A DNA stretch of 64,000 bases, taken from positions 128,001 to 192,000 of the forward strand of contig JBNGDF010000001.1 of NCBI GenBank assembly GCA_049975265.1. The letters are read 5' to 3'. The notes below the pieces were generated by a model that saw nothing but the letters and a program-made list of their open reading frames with translations, did no database searches and had not been told where the DNA came from. Source of the DNA: Fidelibacterota bacterium (GTDB taxonomy: Bacteria > Fidelibacterota > UBA2242). The position numbers and the translations under genes were made by a program. Shown in pieces: positions 29,477 through 39,383 of this stretch (position 1 is the first letter of the stretch; each line of letters starts with the position of its first letter).

Positions 29477-31687
29477 TTATTTCTTTTTGGGCAATATCTT
29501 ATGTTTTCCCGACGAAGATTTGCTCAGAACCTGATACATCTGCCTGGCTGTTTTGCACGCCAGCAGTTTTTTACGACCCTCTTCGTCAAAAGCCTGACTG
29601 ATCATAGACATAAAGTGCATATGCGGTGCCGAGGCACTCTCCGGCGAAAGTGTCAGCACGATGATATTAGCCGGCTTTCCGTCAACGGAATGAAACTCAA
29701 CTCCCTCCCGCTTGATTCCAATTGCGCAGACCAGCCGATCAACGGCGTCACAGCGTCCATGGGGAATGGCGATGCCGTACTGAATGCCGGTTGACATGCT
29801 TGCCTCCCGCTCGAGGACAGTTTTCCGCGCTAACTCACAATCCTTTATCAATCCCTGGCTGTTCAGAATGTGCAGCAGTTCGTCAATGATCTCTTCTTTG
29901 GTGTCACCCTTAAGTGAGGGGCATAATACACCGGGTGTCAGGTACTGAGCCAGATCGCTTCGGATCGGCATTTTGGTCGGGGATTGCTCCTGAATGCGCC
30001 GGACAACGGCGGCGCTGTCGATTGGTTTGCGAAGCGCCTTGACCGTCGTCTCAAATTCGGCGAATACCTCATACATTGCCGTATTGATGTAGGGCACAAT
30101 ACTTTTATCGCAATCAATATTGATGGTATGAAGGTCAACCTCTACACCGATGATCATGTCGTCCTTGCGCAGCTGATAAATCTGGCGGGGCTGGTTCAGG
30201 GTGTGGATGTAGAATCCTTCCAATTCAAACAGGTTGAACAGTTTGCTGGTCATCAGGCTGGCGGTCTGAACATTGGGAAACTGGAAGGAGAGCCGGGTCT
30301 CCTCGGTTTTGCGGATCTGCCGCCGGACGCCGCTCTGGTCGTGCCGGAAAATGGTTACTAGCACAGGCGGTGAAATCAGCGTCGTTATCAGGGTCATCAT
30401 TACGGCGATTCCAAAAAATTCCGGTGGTAACAGACCCGCCGCCAGACCGATGCCGGCGATAATCAACGCCACCTCGCCTCTTGGCAGCATGCCCACCCCG
30501 ATCCGCAGGGCGCCCCGCAGGTTGAAATTGGCAAAAAGGGTCGGTATACCACAGCCGAAAACCTTTGATACAATTGCGCCAAAGGTGTATAAGAGTCCAA
30601 ACAGCAAAACCGTTTTGGAAGCCAGCAGACGGACATCAACCAGCATGCCCATAACGGTGAAAAAGACCGGCACGAGAAAAGAGTAAATCGGTCCCATTTT
30701 TTCCATAATCACATGGTTAATATCGGTTTTTGAGAGGGATAATCCCATAATGTAGGCGCCGATAATCATCGCCAGTCCCGCCTCTTCGAAAAGTCCTGCC
30801 AGGACCAGCGCGAATCCCAATGCCATCATGGCGATGGAGGTGCGGTCATGAAACCATTTCAGCAGGAGACTGATTTTGCGGGAAGCCAGCAGACCGATAA
30901 TTGTAGCCGCCGCCCAGATACCAAAAGCCTTGACTGAAATAATGCCGATATGAGCCCAATCGACATAACCTGATTTTGCCGAAGCGGCGACGATTCCGAG
31001 ACCGATGGCCAGCAGAATGATACCGAGTACGTCATCGATTACCGCGCCCGCCAGGATGGTCACCCCTTCCGGCGAATCGAGTTGGCGTTGCTCTGATAAA
31101 ATCCGGGCGGTGATTCCCACCGATGTGGCGGTGGCTATGATCCCCAGAAACAGGCAGGGAGGCGAAAAAAAGCCCAGCTGGGTTCCGAAGAACCATTTGG
31201 ATAACCAGATCGTGAGCAGGTCACCGATTATAAAGGAGAAAAGGACGCCTCCGATGCCCACAATACCGCCGATGACGGAGTAGCGTAAAAACAGGCGGAA
31301 ATCGGTCTCCAGTCCGATCATGAACAGCAGCACAATGGATGCCACTGTGCTGATTCCGTACAATTCGGGTGATATGGGAAAATTGTTCGAGCTGATTGGA
31401 AATATACCCGCCGGAAAGCCGGGCAGCGGAACCGCGCCGAGTAAAAAGGGTCCGATTAGAATGCCGGCAAACAGTTCACCCAGGACACCGGGCATTTTGA
31501 ATTTTTCGAAAGATATATTGCCCAGGCGCGCTGCAAACAGAATGAGCCCCAGTTGTATGACCAGCATCATCATGCGGTGAGTCATAGTGCCCGGGAGGGC
31601 GGTTTGAGTGGCAGAGAAGAGATAATCCGAAGCCAGGAGTCCGACCATTAATTGCAGGCAACGTTTGGTGAAACGATTTATTTTCAT
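29477..31687 (-). CDS. CPA2 cation:proton antiporter fused to a C-terminal PTS EIIA (Fru/Ntr-type) domain
   Basis: ATSVGIT, AVIDD and PRGEV antiporter motifs; C-terminal ERE..MSTG...IAIPHGR. Confidence 0.88.
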   Translation of the reverse strand: MKINRFTKRCLQLMVGLLASDYLFSATQTALPGTMTHRMMMLVIQLGLILFAARLGNISFEKFKMPGVLGELFAGILIGPFLLGAVPLPGFPAGIFPISSNNFPISPELYGISTVASIVLLFMIGLETDFRLFLRYSVIGGIVGIGGVLFSFIIGDLLTIWLSKWFFGTQLGFFSPPCLFLGIIATATSVGITARILSEQRQLDSPEGVTILAGAVIDDVLGIILLAIGLGIVAASAKSGYVDWAHIGIISVKAFGIWAAATIIGLLASRKISLLLKWFHDRTSIAMMALGFALVLAGLFEEAGLAMIIGAYIMGLSLSKTDINHVIMEKMGPIYSFLVPVFFTVMGMLVDVRLLASKTVLLFGLLYTFGAIVSKVFGCGIPTLFANFNLRGALRIGVGMLPRGEVALIIAGIGLAAGLLPPEFFGIAVMMTLITTLISPPVLVTIFRHDQSGVRRQIRKTEETRLSFQFPNVQTASLMTSKLFNLFELEGFYIHTLNQPRQIYQLRKDDMIIGVEVDLHTINIDCDKSIVPYINTAMYEVFAEFETTVKALRKPIDSAAVVRRIQEQSPTKMPIRSDLAQYLTPGVLCPSLKGDTKEEIIDELLHILNSQGLIKDCELARKTVLEREASMSTGIQYGIAIPHGRCDAVDRLVCAIGIKREGVEFHSVDGKPANIIVLTLSPESASAPHMHFMSMISQAFDEEGRKKLLACKTARQMYQVLSKSSSGKHKILPKKK

Positions 31688-31759
31688 TGATTTGTTACAT
31701 GGTAGCAGCCGCTCGTGCTGTGCGGGATTCGGAACGTGCTACCTGTATGGAGGTGAAAT

Positions 31760-32125
31760 TTACTCATTTTTTAAATTCATATAGCAGGAGCCTTCGAATT
31801 TTGCTCCGTCTTCGATGACTAGTTGTGCCGCTTTGATGTCACCTTTGAGAACGGCTTTTTCGCCCAAAACAACTTTTCCCGCGGCGTTCACATTACCCTG
31901 GATATTGCCGCCGATACTGATGTCCTCGCCGTGCAGATTGCCGCGGATTCGCGCGGTTGGCGATAGCGTGATGGAATTTTTAGTGCTGATGTCCCCTTCC
32001 ACCTGTCCGTAAATAATGATATTGCCATCCAGCTGAATATTGCCGGTGATGCCGGTGTCTTCACCGATAATAGTGTTGATCGTCGAATCTTTTTTCTTAT
32101 TCATGGTCGGCTCCTTATTCTCCAT
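31760..32125 (-). CDS. Bactofilin (CcmA-like polymer-forming cytoskeletal protein)
   Basis: TIIGEDT.ITGNI beta-helix repeats and IEDGAKFEG. Confidence 0.9.
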   Translation of the reverse strand: MENKEPTMNKKKDSTINTIIGEDTGITGNIQLDGNIIIYGQVEGDISTKNSITLSPTARIRGNLHGEDISIGGNIQGNVNAAGKVVLGEKAVLKGDIKAAQLVIEDGAKFEGSCYMNLKNE

Positions 32126-32930
32126 AGTTATTGACAGAAATATCGGCGCGGCGGTAGGAATAGATCATACTCTGGGGATCAATCGGTTTGCCCTCACGCC
32201 AGATTTCGAAGTGCAGATGCGGTCCCTGGCTGATGCCGGTATTTCCCAGAAAGCCGATAATATCGCCCCGCTTGAGATATTGGTGCTCTTCGACGATATT
32301 GCGCTGGTTGTGTCCATAGATTGTAAAATAGCCGTTGGGGTGGTACAGAATGATCGTGTAGCCCAAATCGTAGGTCCAGTTGGAAAATACCACTACTCCT
32401 GAAGCAGAGGCATGAATCGGAACACCCTCCGGAGCGGCAATGTCGACCCCGTAATGATTGTCCTGCAACAGAATATGGTCATCAACAAATCCCTGGGTAA
32501 TATAACCCTCCACCGGCGGATAAATCGGGACATTGTCCAAGTAGCTGATTTCCACCGATTTTTCCTGGGAATGATTGGTGATTTCCAAAGGCAGGAACAT
32601 AGAATCGAGGTAGGCGGAATCCAGCGAGGCGATGTTCAGGTCGGTTCCCAGCACCGAGCGAATATACTGGTCCATCTGACGGATTTTATTGTAATCGCTT
32701 AAAATCTTGGTGACCTTCAGGCGGTCCACAATCAGGCGTTCATTCTCCGCTACCAGATCGTTGTACTGTCTGGCGCGGGGAATCAGATAGACAGCGCCGG
32801 TGATAATGAGGATGATAAAGAGTGTCAATAATACCAGCACCGTTTTGGCGAAAATGGAGCTGAACGTGAGTCGTAGTGGTGTTTCCCGGGCATCGCTGAT
32901 CAGATGCAGGGTATAGTGTCTTTTTTTCAT
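32115..32930 (-). CDS. M23 peptidoglycan endopeptidase with a TM helix and coiled coil
   Basis: HYGVD and GPHLHFE. Confidence 0.9.
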   Translation of the reverse strand: MKKRHYTLHLISDARETPLRLTFSSIFAKTVLVLLTLFIILIITGAVYLIPRARQYNDLVAENERLIVDRLKVTKILSDYNKIRQMDQYIRSVLGTDLNIASLDSAYLDSMFLPLEITNHSQEKSVEISYLDNVPIYPPVEGYITQGFVDDHILLQDNHYGVDIAAPEGVPIHASASGVVVFSNWTYDLGYTIILYHPNGYFTIYGHNQRNIVEEHQYLKRGDIIGFLGNTGISQGPHLHFEIWREGKPIDPQSMIYSYRRADISVNNYGE

Positions 32931-33796
32931 TGATTGCGATCCTCGATTAATTCGAACAGCTCGACCAGGCGCCCCAGGTCCTCTTTTGAATAGTATTCGA
33001 TCTCGATAACACCGCGCTCCTTTCCTCTGATTTTTACCCGTGAACCGACAATATGCATTAAGCGGTCTTCCAACGGTTTGTACCGTTTGTCGGGCGCCGG
33101 TTTTCCGGCGGGCGGCTTTTTCTCCGGAGCGGTGGACATTTTCTTTACCAGCAGCTCTGTGGCGCGAACGCTCAGGGCGTCGCGCTTGATTTTTCGCCAG
33201 AGATTCAGCTGCTGTTCGCGGTTGGGAATGGTGATAATGGGGCGGGCATGACCAGCGCTGAGTTTCTGGTCTTTCAGGTCCCGCAGAATCTCATCGGGGA
33301 GAGACAGCAGACGGAGAGAGTTGGTGATTGTTGAGCGCTCTTTGCCGACCTTTTGGGCGATATCCTCATGAGACAGGTTAAAGGTATTGATCAGCAGCTG
33401 GTAGGCTTGTGCCTCTTCCACAGGATTCAGATTTTCCCGTTGGATGTTTTCGATCAGTGCCATCTCCATCATCTCCACATCGCTGGCGACGGGCAGAACG
33501 TAGGCGGGGATGCTGTTGTGTTCCAGTTCGATACAGGCGCGCAGGCGCCGTTCACCGGCAATCAGTTCAAAGCCATTCTCCTTTTGCCGGACAGTAATGG
33601 GTTGAATAATGCCCTTTTCACGGATGGACTGCTTTAATTCCTCCATTGCCTGGGGATTGAATTCTTTGCGGGGCTGGTTGGGATTCACCTGCACCTTTTC
33701 CACTTCGATTTCGGCAATCTGATTGCTGAGATCGATTCCCTGCGGAAATTCGGGAATAATGGCTCCGAGACCTTTACCGAGTCGTTTGACCGTCAT
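32927..33796 (-). CDS. parB: Chromosome partitioning protein ParB
   Basis: LGKGLGA, NPNQPR, AGERRLRA, ENIQRENL and an HTH. Confidence 0.95.
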   Translation of the reverse strand: MTVKRLGKGLGAIIPEFPQGIDLSNQIAEIEVEKVQVNPNQPRKEFNPQAMEELKQSIREKGIIQPITVRQKENGFELIAGERRLRACIELEHNSIPAYVLPVASDVEMMEMALIENIQRENLNPVEEAQAYQLLINTFNLSHEDIAQKVGKERSTITNSLRLLSLPDEILRDLKDQKLSAGHARPIITIPNREQQLNLWRKIKRDALSVRATELLVKKMSTAPEKKPPAGKPAPDKRYKPLEDRLMHIVGSRVKIRGKERGVIEIEYYSKEDLGRLVELFELIEDRNQ

Positions 33797-34550
33797 TTTG
33801 CAGTATCTCTCCCACCAGATTCATGTAATCCTGAGCCCCGGCTGCCGAGGCATCGTAAAGGATGATCGGTTTGCCGAAGCTGGGCGATTCGCCCAGGCGG
33901 ACATTCCTCCGGATGATAGTGTTATACACTTTTTCTTTGAAATGGCTGCGAACCTGCTCGGTGACCTCCTGAGAGAGCCGCAGACGGGAATCGTACATCG
34001 TAATCAGCACTCCCTCGATCTGCAGGTCGCGGTTTAGATTGCGCTGAACAAGCCGGATGGTGTTTAACAGCTGTCCTAGCCCTTCCATGGCATAATACTC
34101 ACACTGGATCGGAATCAGGACCGATTGGGCGGCGGTCAGACTGTTAATCGTCAATAAACCCAGAGAAGGCGGGCAGTCGATAATGATATATTTATATTCC
34201 TTTTTCAGATGACTGATCGCTTTTTTCAAAACAATTTCGCGACTGATCATGGAGACCATCTCAATTTCGGCGCCTACCAGTTGTGGCGAAGAGGGTACCA
34301 CCTCGAGAAAGGGAATTTCCGTGGAATGAATATGCTCGTTGATATCTAAACCGTCTACCAGAACATTGTAGATATTTTGGTCGGTGGATTGGTAGTCAAT
34401 GCCACAGCCGATGGTGGCATTTGCCTGGGGGTCCATGTCGATTAGCAGGGTATGGACCTCGGACACCGCCAGACCCGCGGCTAGATTGACGGAGGTTGTC
34501 GTCTTGCCAACGCCGCCCTTCTGATTGGCGACGGTTATGATTTTTGTCAC
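33774..34550 (-). CDS. parA: Chromosome partitioning ATPase ParA/Soj
   Basis: NQKGGVGKTT, DPQANAT and DCPPSLG. Confidence 0.95.
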   Translation of the reverse strand: MTKIITVANQKGGVGKTTTSVNLAAGLAVSEVHTLLIDMDPQANATIGCGIDYQSTDQNIYNVLVDGLDINEHIHSTEIPFLEVVPSSPQLVGAEIEMVSMISREIVLKKAISHLKKEYKYIIIDCPPSLGLLTINSLTAAQSVLIPIQCEYYAMEGLGQLLNTIRLVQRNLNRDLQIEGVLITMYDSRLRLSQEVTEQVRSHFKEKVYNTIIRRNVRLGESPSFGKPIILYDASAAGAQDYMNLVGEILQNDGQTTR

Positions 34551-34618
34551 CCGACTTCTCTAAACATAATAATTACAAATAGTTCCAACTTTTTCGACCC
34601 ACTCTGTAAAGCAAAGCA

Positions 34619-34647
34619 AATTTAATTCTGACCCGTCCTAAAATCAA
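34619..34647 (-). promoter_or_regulatory. Promoter of the parA operon
   Basis: TTGATT-N17-TAAATT on the minus strand. Confidence 0.6.
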
Positions 34648-34659
34648 GGCAAAAGGCGG

Positions 34660-36105
34660 CTACGCTTTTCGCCAGAATTTTGGAACAAAGATTAAAAAAA
34701 CCGAATAGAATTCCAGCCGTCCGAAAAGCATGCAGGCGATCAAAATCCATTTTGTAAATGCCGGCAGACCCAGATAGCTGCCCAGAGGACCGGTTTGCCC
34801 GAGTCCCGGACCGACGCCGCCCAGGGTGGTTGCCACGGAAAAAAATGCCGTATTCAGGTCTGCGCCGGCAGCCGTCATGAGCATTGAGGCAAGAAAGAAG
34901 AACAGCAGATAGATGCCGATGAATACCAGCACGGTCCGGATGGTCTTATCATCGATAGTGCGGGAATTCAGCCGGACAGGTCGAACGACACGGGGATGAA
35001 TCATCTGGATCAGTTCGCGGTAGATGCTTTTCATCAGGATGATGATGCGGGAATTTTTTATCGCGCCGGTTGTCGAGCCGGGGCAGGCTCCGACGAACAT
35101 CAGGATGAGCAGGACAATCTGGCTGAGTGGTCGCCATTCTCCGTAGTCGGCGGTTATAAAACCGGTGGTGGTGTTGATAGATACGGTTTGAAACACACCG
35201 TAGCGGAAAGCCTCGGTCAGCCTGTCGTAATGATTCAGGCGCAGATCCACAACGATAATGGTTGCACAGCAGAGCATAAAGAGAAAGTAAAATTTCAGAA
35301 CGCTGCCGAACTGCCGGTGGCTCCGATTGCGTTTAAAAAATACCAGATAGAGAGAAAAATTGATTCCGGCTAGGAACATAAAGATTGTCACGATTGTCTC
35401 GACGTAGGGGCTGTTGTAATGGGCGATGCTGGCGTTACGGGGGGAGAATCCACCGGTTGGAATCGTCCCCATAGCCGTCAGGGCGGCGTCATACAGCGAG
35501 AGTCCGCCCAGCAGCAGGAGCCCCGTCTCAATGACGGTGAGTGCCAGATAAACGATCCAAAGCAGCCGGGCGGTGTCCTTGATTTTCGGGGTGATCCGCT
35601 CCTGAGCGATGGACGACGATTCGAAATTGTAAAGATTGCGGGCACTTACATTAATTACAGGCAAAATGACCAGCGCCAGAATGACGATGCCCATGCCGCC
35701 GATCCAATGGGTCATGCTGCGCCAGATTAGCAGACTGGCGGGCAGGGCTTCGATATCCTCCAGCACCGATGCGCCGGTAGTCGTAAACCCGGAGACGCTT
35801 TCAAAGAAGGCGTCCAGAAAACCGTGAAAGTAACCAGAAAGTTGGAAGGGGAGTGCGCCAATTAGTGAGGCGATGAGCCAGCCGAATACAACCATCGCCA
35901 CGGCTTCGCGTCTTTCGATAATGAGCTCGGCGGGTTTGTTCCAGCCCAACAACAGTCCGGCTGAGATAGCGATGATAATGGGAAGCAGAAAGATGCGCAT
36001 CGGAGCATCACCGTTGAGAAGGCTGAATACCAGTGGAATCATCAAAAAGATACCCAGCACCACCAGCAGTGTACCCAGTAGGGCAAAGAGATGACGAATT
36101 CTCAT
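34660..36105 (-). CDS. trkH: TrkH-family potassium uptake protein
   Basis: ESVSGFTTTG, PTGGF, TTTGF and GACPGSTTGAIK pore loops. Confidence 0.93.
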   Translation of the reverse strand: MRIRHLFALLGTLLVVLGIFLMIPLVFSLLNGDAPMRIFLLPIIIAISAGLLLGWNKPAELIIERREAVAMVVFGWLIASLIGALPFQLSGYFHGFLDAFFESVSGFTTTGASVLEDIEALPASLLIWRSMTHWIGGMGIVILALVILPVINVSARNLYNFESSSIAQERITPKIKDTARLLWIVYLALTVIETGLLLLGGLSLYDAALTAMGTIPTGGFSPRNASIAHYNSPYVETIVTIFMFLAGINFSLYLVFFKRNRSHRQFGSVLKFYFLFMLCCATIIVVDLRLNHYDRLTEAFRYGVFQTVSINTTTGFITADYGEWRPLSQIVLLILMFVGACPGSTTGAIKNSRIIILMKSIYRELIQMIHPRVVRPVRLNSRTIDDKTIRTVLVFIGIYLLFFFLASMLMTAAGADLNTAFFSVATTLGGVGPGLGQTGPLGSYLGLPAFTKWILIACMLFGRLEFYSVFLIFVPKFWRKA

Positions 36106-36271
36106 AGAATCAACAACAATAAGAAAAGGACAGGTATCATATCATTTAAGTTTACTGGATATTTTCCTTCAAAGCAAATCCGGGAATTGGGAAAAAGCCC
36201 TTGGAGCTCCGGGTGGATTGTGTATATTTATACGGTTTTATTACAGCTACCTGTTGCCGGTTATTTTTTGG

Positions 36272-36979
36272 ATGAAACGAATTGTCTACATCTATCGCTG
36301 GTGCGTGGCGGTTACGGTTTTTGCACTGATTGCGGCGCTCGTATTTCTCGGACTGATTCTGTATCGCCCGCAGCAAATTTATGTGCTGGTTCAGCCCCTC
36401 TGCCGTCTCCTGTTACGCGCCATTTCGGTGCGGGTGAAAGTCACCGGACTTGGCAATTTCGACCACACGCGTCCCTATTTAATCATCTGCAATCACGAGT
36501 CTCTTTTGGATGCCTTTATCTGTCCGGGCTACATCCCGCTCTTTTTTGCTGTCCTTGAATTGACGGACCATTTCGACTGGCCGGTCTGGGGTAGAATGAT
36601 CAGGGAGTGGGGCAACATTCCAGTGCGGAAGGGTAATCTACGAGCCGCCATGAGCAGTCTGGACCGCGCCCGCGATGTACTGAAGAAGGGGACCTCTATT
36701 CTCATTTTCCCTGAGGGGGAACGCACTACCACCGGCAAAATGAAGCCCTTTCGTAAAGGGGCGTTTCATCTGGCACATATTGCACAGGTCGACATCTTAC
36801 CGATCGGAATGCACGGTCTGTATCGGGCAAAAACCAAAGGTGACTGGCACGTACGCTCGGCGAATGTCTGTTTTAATTTTGGGCGACCGCTGAAGTACGG
36901 GGACTATCGGCATATGAGCATCGACCAGCTCAAAGACTGGGCTGAACACGAGATTCGGCGCCTGAAATACGAACGGTGA
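36272..36979 (+). CDS. plsC: 1-acyl-sn-glycerol-3-phosphate acyltransferase
   Basis: NHESLLD (HxxxxD) and FPEGER; ATG at 36272 preferred. Confidence 0.88.
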   Translation: MKRIVYIYRWCVAVTVFALIAALVFLGLILYRPQQIYVLVQPLCRLLLRAISVRVKVTGLGNFDHTRPYLIICNHESLLDAFICPGYIPLFFAVLELTDHFDWPVWGRMIREWGNIPVRKGNLRAAMSSLDRARDVLKKGTSILIFPEGERTTTGKMKPFRKGAFHLAHIAQVDILPIGMHGLYRAKTKGDWHVRSANVCFNFGRPLKYGDYRHMSIDQLKDWAEHEIRRLKYER

Positions 36980-37043
36980 AGATTTCGCCACGTATTTAAT
37001 TATTCTACATTGAGAATATTTAATTTTTTATTAAATTTAGAGC

Positions 37044-37823
37044 ATGAAAAAGACCGATTTTTCTTATCTTCCGGAAAAAAAACGCCTGCTCTATGAGCAG
37101 ATTGCGCGCTCCTACCGAATTCGTGAGCGTCAGAAAAATCTTGCCTGGACCCCTTTCGAGGCAAAGCTGATCGATAGTAAAATTGCCTTTATCTCCCTGT
37201 GCGGTGCCTATCTGAAAAGCGGTAAACCTTTTACCCGAGAATCCCAGGAGAGCAACTATACTTACCGCTCGATCGATATCAATTTTGATCGCGCCGAACT
37301 GGCGTTTTGTGCGCTGGATTGGGAGACTTCGGAGCTGCAGCAGGATATCAATGTGGTCTTGCCGATTGACCGACTGGTTTTACTGCAGAAAGAGGGACTG
37401 ATTGGAAAGGTGAATGAGAATTTCTACAGCTTTTTAGGTATCAACGATGAGCACGAGCTTCTGGATAAGGCGATTAAAAAATTGGTGAAACAGCTGAAGA
37501 GCGATGATTGTGTGGGGGTGCTGATTATTCCCTGTTCAGCCCGCACCGCCGAGACCGCCTGTCTGATTGCCAATCAACTGGAGGCGTCAAGGCTGTCCAC
37601 CGTCATGCTGACACCCTTTTACGAGCAGGCGCTGGTGATGTCACCGCCGCGTTGTGCGTTTATCAATTTTCCTTTCGGTCGGATTTTGGGAAAGGCGAAT
37701 CATGTTACCCTGCATACGGCTATTCTGCGCGACACTTTACGGTTGTTCGAGAAAGCCAAGGTGCCGGGTGAAATCTTGAACCTTAACTTTATCTGGTCTT
37801 ATGGTCAGATTCCGGACTGGTAA
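37044..37823 (+). CDS. Glycine/betaine/proline reductase selenoprotein-B-like (PrdB/GrdB-like) protein without Sec
   Basis: WTPF, KIAFIS..G, DINVVLPIDRL..L..EG.IG, LE..RLSTV, PPR....FPFG. Confidence 0.7.
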   Translation: MKKTDFSYLPEKKRLLYEQIARSYRIRERQKNLAWTPFEAKLIDSKIAFISLCGAYLKSGKPFTRESQESNYTYRSIDINFDRAELAFCALDWETSELQQDINVVLPIDRLVLLQKEGLIGKVNENFYSFLGINDEHELLDKAIKKLVKQLKSDDCVGVLIIPCSARTAETACLIANQLEASRLSTVMLTPFYEQALVMSPPRCAFINFPFGRILGKANHVTLHTAILRDTLRLFEKAKVPGEILNLNFIWSYGQIPDW

Positions 37824-37843
37824 ACCGGATGTTTTGTTCAATT

Positions 37844-37879
37844 AAAAAAGCCGTCCCGGATCCGGAGACGGCTTTTTTT
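37844..37879. terminator. Bidirectional intrinsic terminator
   Basis: AAAAAAGCCGTC...GACGGCTTTTTT hairpin between convergent genes. Confidence 0.85.
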
Positions 37880-37898
37880 ACAAATGGGGCGGTTGGGT

Positions 37899-39359
37899 CT
37901 AACCGGTGGCAATTCGTTTAAGTGTTTCCACCAGCAATCCCCAGAATCTTTCTACGGTTTCGATTTCCACAACTTCGTCGGGAGAGTGAGGATTTTTTAT
38001 CGTCGGACCGAAGGAAATCATGTCAATACCCGGAACGGTTTCACCGATGATGCCGCATTCGAGTCCGGCGTGGATCGCCTTCACTTCCGGTGTTTTGCCG
38101 TAAAGGTCCTTGTAAGCGGATTTCATCATTTCCAAAATTTTCGATTCCATGTTCGGTTTCCAGCCGGGATACCCGCCACCCTGATGGACCTCTCCGCCAG
38201 CCAGTAATCCGGTCGCCTTGACCTGATCGGCGATGTCGATCTTGGCGGTCTCCACCGAGCTGCGCTGACTGGTCAGAACGGTGACATTTTTTTCATCGGT
38301 CTGAACAATCGCCAGACTGGTGGAGGTCTCGACCAGGTCGGGAATTGCATGGCTCATGGCGACGACGCCGTGCGGTAATGCGTAGAGCATATTGAGCAGA
38401 CGGGTTTGAAAATCTTTGGAAAATACTTTCTGTGGTTGGTCGACCTCTATTATGGCGATGTTAATGCCGCTTTCGATGCCCCGGTATTCTTCTTTGAAAA
38501 TCCGCTCAAAATCACCAACCAGGGATTTCAGATTTTCTAGGTCGTCGGAATTGACCACCAGCAGAGCATCGGCTTCCCGGGGAATGGCGTTGTGTTTGCT
38601 GCCGCCGCTCAGGGATGCCAGATAAAAGTCGTGCCTGTCATTGGCATTCCAGAGCAGGCGATTGAGCAATTTGTTGGCATTGGCGCGCCCCAAGGCAATG
38701 TCAAGCCCCGAATGACCGCCCTTCAGACCGGTGAGTTTGATCTGCAGAGGCTGGTAATCGGCGGGGATATTGATCCACTCAATGGATAGTTCGATTTTGG
38801 TGTCTTTACCGCCGGCACACCCGATGTACAGGGCACCATCCTCTTCAGAATCACAGTTCATCAAAATATCGGCGGTAACAAAGCCGGGTTTCAGGGCGTT
38901 GGCGCCGGTCAGACCGGTCTCTTCATCAATGGTAAACAGGAATTCCATGGGCGGATGCACCAGGTCCGTGGCGGTCATGACCGTGAGTGCTGCAGCGACA
39001 CCGATACCGTTATCGGCGCCCAGAGTAGTACCGTCGGCGCGAACATAATCTCCATCAATCATCATTTTGATCGGGTCTTTTCTGAAATCGTGCTCTGTAC
39101 CGCTGTTCTTTTCACAGACCATGTCGAGATGACCCTGCAGACAGACTTTCGGTTTGTTTTCTGAACCGGCGCTGGCAGGTTTGGTCACAAGAATATTGCC
39201 GACACTATCCTGTTTGAAGGGCAACCCGTGATCTTTGGCGACGCTGATAATATATTGACCCGCCCGGGCTTCGTGTTTGGATTCTCTGGGGATCTGATTC
39301 AGTTCATAAAAATAGCGCCAGAGTTTTTCGGGTTTCAACCCTTGAAATACATAACTCAT
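37899..39359 (-). CDS. pepD: Aminoacyl-histidine dipeptidase (M20C)
   Basis: GHLDMV, LGADNG, DEETG, GGHSG and HAGLECG; ATG 39359 follows GGAGG. Confidence 0.93.
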   Translation of the reverse strand: MSYVFQGLKPEKLWRYFYELNQIPRESKHEARAGQYIISVAKDHGLPFKQDSVGNILVTKPASAGSENKPKVCLQGHLDMVCEKNSGTEHDFRKDPIKMMIDGDYVRADGTTLGADNGIGVAAALTVMTATDLVHPPMEFLFTIDEETGLTGANALKPGFVTADILMNCDSEEDGALYIGCAGGKDTKIELSIEWINIPADYQPLQIKLTGLKGGHSGLDIALGRANANKLLNRLLWNANDRHDFYLASLSGGSKHNAIPREADALLVVNSDDLENLKSLVGDFERIFKEEYRGIESGINIAIIEVDQPQKVFSKDFQTRLLNMLYALPHGVVAMSHAIPDLVETSTSLAIVQTDEKNVTVLTSQRSSVETAKIDIADQVKATGLLAGGEVHQGGGYPGWKPNMESKILEMMKSAYKDLYGKTPEVKAIHAGLECGIIGETVPGIDMISFGPTIKNPHSPDEVVEIETVERFWGLLVETLKRIATG

Positions 39360-39383
39360 GATTAAACCTCCGTTCATTGGGTA

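Noticed and set aside
31700..34660. parS site near parAB
   Set aside because: I saw no TGTTNCACGTGAAACA-like palindrome by eye; a motif scan is still needed.
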